Below, piece after piece: positions 21,015 through 30,575 of a stretch of DNA of 60,230 nucleotides. The stretch comes from Endomicrobiales bacterium. GTDB taxonomy: Bacteria > Elusimicrobiota > Endomicrobiia > Endomicrobiales > JALOBY01. Position numbers and translations under genes: made by a program. The notes under the pieces are model-generated. The model did no database searches. It was not told the DNA's origin and saw only the letters and a list, made by a program, of their open reading frames with translations. Every line of letters begins with the position of its first letter. The first letter of the stretch is position 1. The DNA lies in contig JALOBY010000007.1 in the NCBI GenBank assembly GCA_023228045.1, positions 1-60,230 of the forward strand, in the 5' to 3' direction.

Positions 21015-22010
21015 ATGTCCGGCGCACAAGAGATTCGTGAAATCAATGAGAAGGTAAAAAAAGAAAGCGTTTTTGTTGTAGCGCTAATGGCAGAACTTGG
21101 CAAAGTTATTGTTGGCCAAAATTACATATTAGAAAAATTAATAATTGGACTGCTTAGCGATGGCCACATTTTGCTTGAAGGTGTACCGGGCCTTGCAAAA
21201 ACATTGGCTGTTAAAACATTGGCCGGCGCCATTAAAACGAAATTTCAACGCCTGCAATTTACCCCCGATTTACTACCGGCCGACCTGACCGGCACAACAA
21301 TTTACTCTCAACATGATGGAAAATTTACCGTAAAAAAAGGCCCGTTGTTTGCAAACTTCATACTTGCCGACGAAATTAACCGCGCGCCGGCAAAAGTGCA
21401 AAGCGCCTTGCTTGAGGCAATGCAAGAAAGGCAGGTTACTATTGGTGATACAACTTTTCAACTGCCAGACCCATTTTTAGTACTCGCGACCCAAAACCCA
21501 ATTGAGCAAGAAGGTACTTACCCCCTGCCCGAGGCACAGGTAGACCGCTTTATGCTCAAATTAAAGATTACATATCCAAGCAAAGAAGAAGAAAGGCAAA
21601 TTTTAGAACGCATGACATCGGGTGATGAAATTAAAATAAACCCGATTACCACACCAGAAGAAATAAAAACCGCGAAACACACCGTTAGCCAAATTTATGT
21701 TGATGAAAAAATTAAAAACTACATAGTTGATTTAGTTCATGCCACTAGAAACCCAACTGAATACAAACTAAATTCTTTAAAACCACTTATTGCTTTTGGT
21801 GCCTCGCCGCGTGCTACAATAAACTTAACGCTTGCCTCAAAAGCATACGCGTTTATACAAGGGCGCGGCTATGTTACCCCTGAAGATGTAAAAACTATTG
21901 GCCTTGATGTTTTACGCCATAGAATAATACTTACCTACGAAGCAGAAGCCGAGGAAGTTACAACGGAAGATATAGTTAAACAAATATTTGACGGCGTTGA
22001 AGTTCCGTAA
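21015..22010 (+). CDS. MoxR-like AAA+ ATPase.
   Basis: Walker A GVPGLAKT and Walker B ILADEINR. 331 aa, in a bat-locus context. Confidence 0.85.
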   Translation: MSGAQEIREINEKVKKESVFVVALMAELGKVIVGQNYILEKLIIGLLSDGHILLEGVPGLAKTLAVKTLAGAIKTKFQRLQFTPDLLPADLTGTTIYSQHDGKFTVKKGPLFANFILADEINRAPAKVQSALLEAMQERQVTIGDTTFQLPDPFLVLATQNPIEQEGTYPLPEAQVDRFMLKLKITYPSKEEERQILERMTSGDEIKINPITTPEEIKTAKHTVSQIYVDEKIKNYIVDLVHATRNPTEYKLNSLKPLIAFGASPRATINLTLASKAYAFIQGRGYVTPEDVKTIGLDVLRHRIILTYEAEAEEVTTEDIVKQIFDGVEVP

Positions 22011-22078
22011 AAATACATCCTGTGCGTATTTAAAAAACTAAATCATTACTAAAAACCTCTTAAGTATCTTATTGAGTT

Positions 22079-22960
22079 ATGCTTTCATCCGACATCATTA
22101 AAAAAATCAAAAAAATTGAAATTCGCTCCAGAAAACTTGCCAATGAAGTTTTTGCCGGCCAGTATAGCAGCGTTTTTAAAGGCCGCGGTATGGAGTTTTC
22201 TGAAGTGCGCGAATATATGCCCGGCGACGATGTGCGCACTATTGACTGGAATGTTACCGCGCGCTACGGCAAACCATTTGTTAAAAAATTCACCGAAGAA
22301 CGCGAGATGACCGTAATACTGCTTGTTGACGCTTCCGCTTCATTAGGTTTTGGTACAAAGGAAAAGTTTAAAAACGAAATTGCCGCCGAGTTTGCGGCAA
22401 CACTTGCATTTTCTGCCATTAAAAATAATGACCGTGTTGGCATGCTTATTTTTACAGACAGGGTAGAAAAAGTTATACGCCCTAAAAAAGGCAAAAACCA
22501 TATCTTGCGCCTTATTCGTGACATTCTTTTTTTCAAACCTCAAGGGCATAAAACAAACATATCTGACGCTTTAAAACACCTAAATGATATATGGAAAAGA
22601 AAGGCGGTTGTTTTTTTATTATCTGATTTTCAAGATAATAATTTTGAAGCAGCACTTAAAGTTACATCTCGCAAGCACGACCTTATTGCGGTAAAAATTT
22701 CAGACCCGCGCGAAAATAATATGGCAGACATTGGCCTAATTGAGTTTGAAGACCCTGAAAGCGGCTTGTGCCTGCTCTCAGACACATCTGCAAGATCTGT
22801 TATAAATGCTTCTATATTAGTAAAAGAAACCAAAAATATAGCTCTTAAGAAACTTTTCTCTTCATCTGGAGTTGATACAATTTCTGTTTCAACTGACAAG
22901 CCATACACAGCTGAATTAATTGCGTTTTTTAAGCGACGCGAAAAACGAATGACCTGTTGA
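22079..22960 (+). CDS. DUF58 (vWA-like) protein, MoxR partner.
   Basis: LLVDASASLGFG MIDAS-like motif. Canonical position after moxR. Confidence 0.75.
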   Translation: MLSSDIIKKIKKIEIRSRKLANEVFAGQYSSVFKGRGMEFSEVREYMPGDDVRTIDWNVTARYGKPFVKKFTEEREMTVILLVDASASLGFGTKEKFKNEIAAEFAATLAFSAIKNNDRVGMLIFTDRVEKVIRPKKGKNHILRLIRDILFFKPQGHKTNISDALKHLNDIWKRKAVVFLLSDFQDNNFEAALKVTSRKHDLIAVKISDPRENNMADIGLIEFEDPESGLCLLSDTSARSVINASILVKETKNIALKKLFSSSGVDTISVSTDKPYTAELIAFFKRREKRMTC

Positions 22961-22998
22961 ACCCGGATTTTGCAAAATACAGGTTGGATTAATTAAAA

Positions 22999-23934
22999 AT
23001 GAAAAAGCTTTTTATAACACTATTTTTAAGCTTACTTAGCATAGCGGTTTACGCAAGCGAAGTAACCGTAAATACAACCATAAATAAAACAAACATAACT
23101 ATTGGCGACCCGCTAAAAGTTAGCGTAGAAATCTCTTACCCAAATGAACTTAAGCTATCAAGCGTTACAATGCCAAGCGAAATAGGCACATGGGTTTGTA
23201 CAAACCTTTCAACCTCAACTAAAAAAACAAAAGATACTCTTAGCTCGTTGGCTGTATTTGAAGTAGTCCGTTTTTCTACAGGAATGGCTATTATTCCGCC
23301 AATTCCATTTACCCTTGTAAACAGCTCAACTGAGGCATACACTGTTTACTCTTCAAGTAAAAGCGTTAATATTGAAAGCACACTTGCGAAAATTGGAGAT
23401 CTTGGAGACATAAAAGACATAAAAGAACCCTTAAGCATTGGCAATGGGATGTTAGTATACATTCTTGTCACGATTATATTGCTATTAATTGGGGCATATA
23501 TTTACTATCGCAGGAAAACTTTAGCACAAACAATACTGGCCTCTAAACCCAAATTACCACCTTATGAAGTTGCCTTGCTCGCACTTAATGATCTTGCGGC
23601 ATCCGACTTATTATCAAGAGGCCTTATTAAAGAGTATTATATTCGCCTTGCAGAGATAATGCGCAACTATATCTCAAACTCATTTGGCATAGAAACATTT
23701 GAAAAAACCACGCATGAACTCTACCAGGATTTAAAAGGCAGATCGGTAGATAAAAAAATAACATTAAAAATAAAAGAACTCTTTGAAAACTGTGATTTGG
23801 TAAAGTTCGCAAAATTTACCCCTAAAGAAAACCAGTGCACTTACGATATTGAACTAGCAAAAACAATTGTGCTTGAACGAATGCCGAAAGAAAACCCTAT
23901 AGAAAATACCGGTTCTGCTGAAGGTAATTTATGA
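22999..23934 (+). CDS. Bat-locus membrane protein with a signal peptide, an extracytoplasmic BatD-N-like domain, one transmembrane helix and a cytoplasmic tail.
   Basis: 311 aa. The N-terminal domain resembles the BatD N-terminus. Conserved position between DUF58 and batA. Confidence 0.55.
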   Translation: MKKLFITLFLSLLSIAVYASEVTVNTTINKTNITIGDPLKVSVEISYPNELKLSSVTMPSEIGTWVCTNLSTSTKKTKDTLSSLAVFEVVRFSTGMAIIPPIPFTLVNSSTEAYTVYSSSKSVNIESTLAKIGDLGDIKDIKEPLSIGNGMLVYILVTIILLLIGAYIYYRRKTLAQTILASKPKLPPYEVALLALNDLAASDLLSRGLIKEYYIRLAEIMRNYISNSFGIETFEKTTHELYQDLKGRSVDKKITLKIKELFENCDLVKFAKFTPKENQCTYDIELAKTIVLERMPKENPIENTGSAEGNL

Positions 23935-24926
23935 TATTCGCGCACCCTTATTTTCTACTTCTGCTAATTGCTCTTGGGATTTATATATTTATAGAAAGAA
24001 AGTTCAAACTTAATAAAACCGCAACCATTTATTTACCGCAGGCAGAGATATTTAAAAGTGCTGGCTCAACACTTAGGGCTAAACTTTCAAAAATGCTTGT
24101 ATGGATAAAAGTTTTAGCTATCGCGCTTATAATAGTTGCCTTAGCACGCCCGCAGGCCGGACAAAACAAAGAAGAGGTTTATAATCAAGGCATAGATATA
24201 ATGCTTGTAATGGATACATCTAGCAGTATGCAGGCACTTGACTTTCAGCCCGATGACCGGCTGCAGGCAGCAAAAAAAGTTGCAAAAGAGTTTGTAAAAG
24301 GCCGCACTTATGACCGTATTGGCATTGTGGTTTTTTCCGGGCTTGCTTTTACGCAATGCCCTCTAACCATTGACCATGACGCTGTTTTGAATTTTTTGGA
24401 TAAAATTGAAACAAATATGACCGGAGTTGACGGCACAGCAATTGGTTCGGCTATCGCAACTGCCGCAAGCCGGCTAAAAGCAAGCAACGCAAAGAGCAAG
24501 GTTATAATACTTGTAACTGACGGCAGAAATAATATGGGTGAAATTGACCCAATAAGCGCAAGTAAGGCCGCTTTGGCAATGGGTATAAAGATTTATACCA
24601 TAGGAGCTGCCAAACCTGGTGAATCACTTTATCCGATAGATGACCCTGTTTTTGGCAGGCGTTTGGTAAAAATTGAAAATCAGGATTTAGATGAAGCCAC
24701 CCTTGCAAACATTGCAGGTACAACAAATGGCCGTTACTTTAGGGCAACCGACACAAATTCTCTATCTGCAATTTTTAAGCAAATTGACAACATGGAAAAA
24801 ACCAAAATTAAGGCACTTAAATACACCGATTACAAAGAATTATTCGCTTATTTTTTATGGCCGACGCTACTACTGCTGCTTGGCTCCAAGTTTTTAAATA
24901 AAACATATTTAAGAAAATTGCCGTAA
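23931..24926 (+). CDS. batA: BatA, membrane-anchored von Willebrand factor A protein.
   Basis: N-terminal TM helices. MIDAS motif MLVMDTSSSM. Confidence 0.8.
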   Translation: MIFAHPYFLLLLIALGIYIFIERKFKLNKTATIYLPQAEIFKSAGSTLRAKLSKMLVWIKVLAIALIIVALARPQAGQNKEEVYNQGIDIMLVMDTSSSMQALDFQPDDRLQAAKKVAKEFVKGRTYDRIGIVVFSGLAFTQCPLTIDHDAVLNFLDKIETNMTGVDGTAIGSAIATAASRLKASNAKSKVIILVTDGRNNMGEIDPISASKAALAMGIKIYTIGAAKPGESLYPIDDPVFGRRLVKIENQDLDEATLANIAGTTNGRYFRATDTNSLSAIFKQIDNMEKTKIKALKYTDYKELFAYFLWPTLLLLLGSKFLNKTYLRKLP

Positions 24927-24935
24927 AAGGTAAAA

Positions 24936-25943
24936 ATGTTTCAATTTGCTAATCCATCAGCACTCTACTTGCTTTTACTTATCCCCATACTTGCGCTTGG
25001 GTTTGTTGCGGCACAAATATCAAAACGCAAGATTGCCAAGGTTTTTGCCCAGGATGAGCTTTTTAATAAACTTTCTAACGCCAACGAAAGAACAACTGTC
25101 CTTAAAGCTTCATTATTTATTTGCGGAATATTTTTTTTAATACTTGCGCTCGCGCGGCCGCAGTTTGGCACAAAACTTATTGAGTTAGAAAGAACCGGTT
25201 CGGATGTTGTTATCGCGCTGGATGTTTCAAAAAGTATGCTGGCGCAAGACATAAAACCAAGTCGTTTTGAACGCGCAAAAAATGTGTTATCGGAACTTAT
25301 AAACCGCCTTGAAGGCGATCGCATAGGCATTGTGGCATTTGCGGGAGCCTCTTTTTGGCAATGCCCTCTTACGCTGGACCGCTCCGGCGCAGCTATGTTT
25401 TTACAAATTTTAGATACAAACCTAATTCCACTTGCAGGCACCTCCATAGGCAAGGCTATATCGCTTAGCTTATCCGGGCTTGAAAAAACTGCGCCAAAGG
25501 CAAAAGCAATAGTTCTTTTGACCGATGGAGAAGACCACAACAGCGGCCCGATTGATGCGGCAAAGTCAGCCGCGGCAAGCGGTGTTAAGATTTTTGTCAT
25601 CGGTTTTGGCAAGGCAAACGGCGAACCAATTCCAGTTGAAGACGAAAACGGCAACTTTACAGGCTATAAGAAAGATAGCAGCGGACAAGTGGTTATGTCA
25701 AAGCTAAACGAAGAACTACTTTCTCAAATTGCATCAATAACAGGCGGTGCTTATATCAGGTCTGTTGATGGGTATGTTGACACCGATGCCATAGCTCGGG
25801 CAGTAAACGGCTTAGACAAGCAAAAACTATCTTCAAAAATGAATCGGCAGTTAGTTGATAGGTTTCAATATTTTCTTGCGTTGGCACTGCTTTGTTTTCT
25901 TATTGAGTTTATACTTCCACAAAGAAAAAAGAAACAAATATGA
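24936..25943 (+). CDS. batB: BatB, membrane-anchored vWA protein.
   Basis: MIDAS motif VIALDVSKSM. N-terminal TM helices and a C-terminal TM helix. Confidence 0.8.
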   Translation: MFQFANPSALYLLLLIPILALGFVAAQISKRKIAKVFAQDELFNKLSNANERTTVLKASLFICGIFFLILALARPQFGTKLIELERTGSDVVIALDVSKSMLAQDIKPSRFERAKNVLSELINRLEGDRIGIVAFAGASFWQCPLTLDRSGAAMFLQILDTNLIPLAGTSIGKAISLSLSGLEKTAPKAKAIVLLTDGEDHNSGPIDAAKSAAASGVKIFVIGFGKANGEPIPVEDENGNFTGYKKDSSGQVVMSKLNEELLSQIASITGGAYIRSVDGYVDTDAIARAVNGLDKQKLSSKMNRQLVDRFQYFLALALLCFLIEFILPQRKKKQI

Positions 25944-26653
25944 AAAAAATATTTATTTTATTACTTCTCTTATCTATTTTTGGCATACAAAATATTTATG
26001 CCTCAGCGGCATCAAATGTAAACTCAGGCAACCGCCTTTATAAAAACAATAAATACCAGGATGCGCTTAACAAATACCGCAGTGCCCAAATTGATAGCCC
26101 CGCAAACCCTACAATTAACTATAATATTGCTGACGCGCTTTATAAAACACAGGATTATCAGGGTGCCGCAAGCGAGTATGAAAGAGCTATTTCTTCAAAA
26201 AATAAAAAACTTATGGCGCGTTCTTATTATAACCTTGGCAACACAGCGTATAAACTGCAAGACAACGACAAAGCAATTGAATGCTATAAAAATGCTTTGC
26301 GTTTAGATCATACTGATAAAGATACAAAATATAACCTTGAGTATTTACTTAAAGTAAAACAGGAAAATAAAAAACAAGACAAAAATAAAAAAGACCAGCA
26401 AAATAAACAAGAGCAAAAAAATAAAGGTGATGAAAACAAAGATGATAAAAATAAACAAAATCAGCAACAAAACAAAGACGAGACCGGTAAAGACCCACAA
26501 CAAAACCAAAATGACTTAAAACAGGATAAAGATAAAATGTCTAAAGAAGATGCCGAAAGGATTTTAAGCTATTTTGACGAAGCAGATAAAAATGCGGCAA
26601 AAAAACGCAAGATGCAAACACCAAATTTGCCAAAAGTTGAAATGGACTGGTAA
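25940..26653 (+). CDS. batC: BatC, TPR-repeat protein with a K/Q/N/D-rich low-complexity C-terminal linker.
   Basis: Signal peptide. TPR-like repeats (YYNLGNTAYKLQDNDKAIECYKNALRLD). Confidence 0.7.
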   Translation: MKKIFILLLLLSIFGIQNIYASAASNVNSGNRLYKNNKYQDALNKYRSAQIDSPANPTINYNIADALYKTQDYQGAASEYERAISSKNKKLMARSYYNLGNTAYKLQDNDKAIECYKNALRLDHTDKDTKYNLEYLLKVKQENKKQDKNKKDQQNKQEQKNKGDENKDDKNKQNQQQNKDETGKDPQQNQNDLKQDKDKMSKEDAERILSYFDEADKNAAKKRKMQTPNLPKVEMDW

Positions 26654-26733
26654 CTATAAAACACTGTATAATGTATTAATTAAACAATAAATATAAACTT
26701 TCACAGCTGTCTGGTTAAAAAAATGTTATTTTT

Positions 26734-26860
26734 CACCCTCACCCTTACCTCTCCCATCAAGGGAGAGGAGTTTCTGTAGAGAAGTGGTTTCCCTCTCCCC
26801 GTGCGGGTAAGTTTTTGGGCCGAGCCCGCGAGTGAAGAAGAGGATTAAGGTGATGGGAAA
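26734..26860. repeat. Family-D hairpin cluster (cctctcccatcaagggagagg plus partial repeats) between batC and batD.
   Basis: Inverted repeats read from the sequence. Related to 20839-20898 and 35845-35945. Confidence 0.6.
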
Positions 26861-26904
26861 ATGTTGAATGAGACATGGAGATAAAAATAGTTTGTCATCT
26901 TAAA

Positions 26905-27134
26905 ATCCCACTTGGCTGCTTATGAGCGAGTGTTTTTTGGGGTCTTCGTCTGCGGATGTTTGAGACCACCACAAAGTGGTGAGACGAGTTTCCGCAGACG
27001 CAAAAAAACACGAGAGAATAGCCGCGCGGGTGTATTTCTTTTGGTTACTTTTCTTTGGACAGCAAAGAAAAGTATCACGGGGCGCAGGCCGAAGGTCCCG
27101 CCAAAGGCGGTGAGGCAGAATAGCCCCGCGACTT
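26905..27134 (-). mobile_element. Family-A MITE-like repeat, copy 1 (inverted, right end truncated, with a ~30 bp extra hairpin insert).
   Basis: Its reverse complement matches 47974-48190 and 38787-39230 (aagtcgcggggctattctgcc ... gtgatacttttctttg ... taaccaaaagaaat ...). Confidence 0.75.
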
Positions 27135-27269
27135 TGAAAGGTTTTATAGTTACTAATCCAAAGTTTAGCTCTCGCTAAAGGCAGGTTAGCCAAGCGGGAC
27201 TTTAAATAAAAAAGATGCAACACTTATATTTCAAATAATATTTAACTGCAACAATAAATTAATAAGCCA

Positions 27270-29198
27270 ATGAAAAAAACCATAATCGTATTATCATTTA
27301 TTCTAATTTCTTGCGTATCTTATGCCACAGCAGAGCTTAAAGTTTCTGCCGCGGTAGATAAAACAAGCGTTGCTGTTGGTGAAGAAATTTTGCTAACCAT
27401 AGATATATCCGGGCAGTCGGTAAACATACCCAGTATAGAAGTTCCCGCAATAGCAAACTTTTCAATATACTCCTCAGGCCGCTCGCAAAGCATGTCTTTT
27501 GTAAATGGACAGGTTTCAAACTCTATTTCTTTTAGGTATGTTATAATTCCAAATGCTCAGGGGAAATTTACAATCCCGGCTTTAAACTTAAAGTATGACG
27601 GCAAAACATACTCTACACAAAATATAGAAATATCAGTAAGCGCATCGCAAAAAGCGAGTGTTACATCAGCGAACCAAAACGTAACTAAAGTAACAACACA
27701 AGATGCAACTTTGAGCGATAAAGCGATATTTGTTAAAGCCATAACGGATAAATCAAGCGTCTATGTAAATGAACAATTAACTTACTATTTTCACTTATAT
27801 AGAAGGGTAGATTTTTTAAACCAGCCGCAGTTTGCGCCACCCGGCTTCAGTGGTTTTTGGAGTGAGTCATACCCACCCACAAACAATATGACCGAAATAA
27901 ACGGCCGGCAATATATGCTAAGCGAATTAAAATTTGTACTTTTTCCAACATCGCCTGGCAAAATAACAATTGACCCATCAACACTTCAATGCCAAATTGC
28001 ATCAAACAACCCGGATGACTTCTTTGATGGTTTTTTTACCATGGGCAAACCTATTACACTGCGCACAAACTCAATAACAATAAATGTTTACCCTCTACCT
28101 AATAAAGATAAACCGGCTAATTTTTCGGGCGCTGTTGGTCAATACGAAATACAAGCCCAAAGCGATAAATCAAACACAAAAACAAACGACCCTGTAACAT
28201 TCAGCATTATTGTTTCTGGTTCTGGTAACATTAAAACACTGCCCGAGCCACAAATGCCGCAACTTATGGAGTTTAGAAAATTTGACACCGCAAGCACTTA
28301 CGACATTAATAAATCAGCTGGAAAATTTACGGGGTCAAAAACATTTAAAACACTCCTTTCACCGCAAAGCAGTGGAACAAAAATCATACCGGCAATAGAG
28401 TTTTCTTATTTTGACCCACAATCAAAAAGTTATAAAAAGATTTATTCAAAACCTATTTCTATAAATGTTACGCAGGGCACAACCGCAAACACGACAACTA
28501 ATTTTTCTTTTGCCTCCAGTGAAGTAAAACTGTTAAATTCAGACATCCGCTACATTAAAGATACTTTCACCCGGGTAAAAAATTACCCACTAAAAAATAT
28601 TCTGCTTATAATTAATTTATCTGCTCTTATACTGCTAATTCTATCTTTAATATTTGCTACGCGCGCACGCACGCTTCAAGAAAATGTTCACCTTTCAAGA
28701 AAGCTTGGCGCAAGCTCAAAAGCAAAAAAATATTTAAAAGAGGCCTCAAAACTATTCGAATCTGAGTTTTACAATAAGTGTGTGGACCGAGACGAGCGAG
28801 GCCGAGGATTTTTCAACTCAAAAAATGAGAGCGATGTGTTAACATCGGGCAAACTTTTTGAGGAAGAAAAAGTCCGGCATCGTTTGTCAAATCCCGCATC
28901 CTATTGTAAAACCCAGATTAAACATAATCACTCGGGCTTTTATTCCGCACTCAGCCGTGCTTTGCGTAACTTTATTGCGGATAAGCTTAATATATCGGCA
29001 GAGGGCCTTACAACAAAAGAGATATCAGCGACTTTCAAAAAACATAAAGTTCCGATTGAACTTGCCAATAAAACTTTTGAACTAATTGCTGAGTGTGACT
29101 TTGCCTGCTTTGCACCCTACACCCCGCAAAAAACTCAAATGCAAGATGCTTTAAAATCGGCCCAGTTAATTATAAATTCTTTGGAGAAGTTTTTATGA
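27270..29198 (+). CDS. batD: BatD (oxygen-tolerance protein), carrying an in-frame 52-codon family-B MITE insertion.
   Basis: 642 aa. Signal peptide, large extracytoplasmic domain, one TM helix near residue 440 and a cytoplasmic tail. The segment 28761-28916 is a repeat element (see findings). Confidence 0.75.
   Translation: MKKTIIVLSFILISCVSYATAELKVSAAVDKTSVAVGEEILLTIDISGQSVNIPSIEVPAIANFSIYSSGRSQSMSFVNGQVSNSISFRYVIIPNAQGKFTIPALNLKYDGKTYSTQNIEISVSASQKASVTSANQNVTKVTTQDATLSDKAIFVKAITDKSSVYVNEQLTYYFHLYRRVDFLNQPQFAPPGFSGFWSESYPPTNNMTEINGRQYMLSELKFVLFPTSPGKITIDPSTLQCQIASNNPDDFFDGFFTMGKPITLRTNSITINVYPLPNKDKPANFSGAVGQYEIQAQSDKSNTKTNDPVTFSIIVSGSGNIKTLPEPQMPQLMEFRKFDTASTYDINKSAGKFTGSKTFKTLLSPQSSGTKIIPAIEFSYFDPQSKSYKKIYSKPISINVTQGTTANTTTNFSFASSEVKLLNSDIRYIKDTFTRVKNYPLKNILLIINLSALILLILSLIFATRARTLQENVHLSRKLGASSKAKKYLKEASKLFESEFYNKCVDRDERGRGFFNSKNESDVLTSGKLFEEEKVRHRLSNPASYCKTQIKHNHSGFYSALSRALRNFIADKLNISAEGLTTKEISATFKKHKVPIELANKTFELIAECDFACFAPYTPQKTQMQDALKSAQLIINSLEKFL
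28761..28916 (+). mobile_element. Family-B MITE (156 bp, 18-bp imperfect TIRs tctgRgttttacaataRg) inserted in frame within batD.
   Basis: The reverse complement of 38853-39021 matches, including the TIRs. The length is exactly 156 bp (52 codons) and the element starts at codon boundary 498 of batD. Confidence 0.8.
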
Positions 29199-29932
29199 AA
29201 ATTCTACCCATAACGCTTTGTATACTTTTTAGTTTGTCTTGCATTGCTTTTGCGCAAACGCCAAAAGAAGTTTTTAATGATGCAAACAAACAGTATGCGA
29301 AAGGCGACTGGCAAAAAGCCGCGGATTTATACAATCAACTTCTAGAAAACGGTGAAAAGACCCCTGAACTATACTACAACTTAGGTAACGCCAATTTAAA
29401 AATGCAAAAAGTGGGCATTGCCCTTTTAAACTTTGAACGCGCGCTAAGAATGGCTCCCCGGGATACCGACATTAGGTTTAACCTTGAATTTGCAAGAAAG
29501 TTGTGCGGCGAGCCTGAGCCAAGTTTTATTGAAAGCGCACTAATGTTCCTGCCAAATCAGTTTACATTAAACCAGCTTGCCTTACTTTGTTCCACACTAT
29601 TTGTTCTTTTATCGGCGGTGCTCATTATCTACTTTATTACAAACTACAAAAAACTGTTTTTTATGGTTTTGGCTATATTTTGCGCATTGCTTTTATTTTC
29701 ACTATTTTTTGGAATTAAACTAAATGCCGAAAAGTTTTCAAACTTTGCCATTGTAGTAAAAGGTCCGGCAGAGGTACGCAATGGCCCAAGCGAGGGAAAC
29801 TCTGTTGGCTTTAGTTTGCCTGAAGGCAGAAAAGTTTTACTGCTTGGCAAAAGCGGGCAATGGGTGGCCATTGGCCTAAAAGCTGAAGGGTACAAAGGCT
29901 GGGTTCAAAGCCAGTATATTGAAAAAATATAA
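29195..29932 (+). CDS. batE: BatE, TPR plus SH3b domain lipoprotein.
   Basis: Lipobox LSC. TPR motifs. C-terminal SH3_3-like domain (GYKGWVQSQYI). Confidence 0.7.
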   Translation: MKILPITLCILFSLSCIAFAQTPKEVFNDANKQYAKGDWQKAADLYNQLLENGEKTPELYYNLGNANLKMQKVGIALLNFERALRMAPRDTDIRFNLEFARKLCGEPEPSFIESALMFLPNQFTLNQLALLCSTLFVLLSAVLIIYFITNYKKLFFMVLAIFCALLLFSLFFGIKLNAEKFSNFAIVVKGPAEVRNGPSEGNSVGFSLPEGRKVLLLGKSGQWVAIGLKAEGYKGWVQSQYIEKI

Positions 29933-30575
29933 AAAAAATAAAACGAAAAACTCTTTGATTTTACCGGGTGGTTTTGGTAAACTGTGCTTAGTTATGAATG
30001 TAAAAAAAATTGGTATTTTTGGCGGTTCTTTTGACCCTGCACACAACGGACACATAAAACTTGCCCTTTTAGCTCAAAAGCAATTTAACTTAAATGACGT
30101 TATATTTGTACCTGCAAAGCTTGCACCACACAAACAGGAAAGTTTTGCCGCAGTAAAAGACCGCCTTGCAATGTTAAAACTTGCATTAAAACCATATAAA
30201 AATTTAAAAATAAGTTCTTTTGAATTGAATCAAAAAAGCACAACTTACACATACCAAACCGTAGCACATTTTAAAAAACTATTTGCAAGTAAAGAACTTT
30301 TCTTTTTACTCGGGGTTGACTCGTTAAGCGAACTTGTTACCTGGAAAAACCCAGAGGAGATTGTCTCGCAATGCCACATTTTGGCTGCAAAGCGCGGGAA
30401 TTTAAACTTTAATATACCAGCTTTTGCTAAGGACTCCGTGTCTTTTTTAAGCAGAACAATGCCAAACATTTCATCAACACAAATACGCGATAAAGTAAAA
30501 GAAAATAAATCTATTAAAACACTTGTGCCACCTAAAGTTGCGTCATACATTAAAAAAAATAAAATATATCAATGA
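29919..30575 (+). CDS. nadD: Nicotinate-nucleotide adenylyltransferase. The true start is probably the internal Met at ~29994 (MNVKKIGIFGG).
   Basis: GIFGGSFDPAHNGH (HxGH) motif. Confidence 0.85.
   Translation: MKKYKKNKTKNSLILPGGFGKLCLVMNVKKIGIFGGSFDPAHNGHIKLALLAQKQFNLNDVIFVPAKLAPHKQESFAAVKDRLAMLKLALKPYKNLKISSFELNQKSTTYTYQTVAHFKKLFASKELFFLLGVDSLSELVTWKNPEEIVSQCHILAAKRGNLNFNIPAFAKDSVSFLSRTMPNISSTQIRDKVKENKSIKTLVPPKVASYIKKNKIYQ

Noticed and set aside
24965-25654. 229-aa minus-strand ORF overlapping batB.
   Set aside because: It lies entirely antisense within the well-supported batB coding sequence. It has no ribosome-binding site and no recognisable domains.
26900-27223. ORFs 26900..27223 (-) and 26912..27178 (+), and 47970..48173 (-) and 48017..48436 (+).
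   Set aside because: They lie inside family-A repeat copies and have no coding signature.
28858-29085. ORF 28858..29085 (+) and ORFs 38804..38998 and 38853..39056 (-), which share the peptide RKKKSGIVC.IPHPIV.
   Set aside because: The shared peptide arises because both loci contain the same family-B MITE. The ORFs are alternative-frame read-throughs of a repeat, not a gene family.
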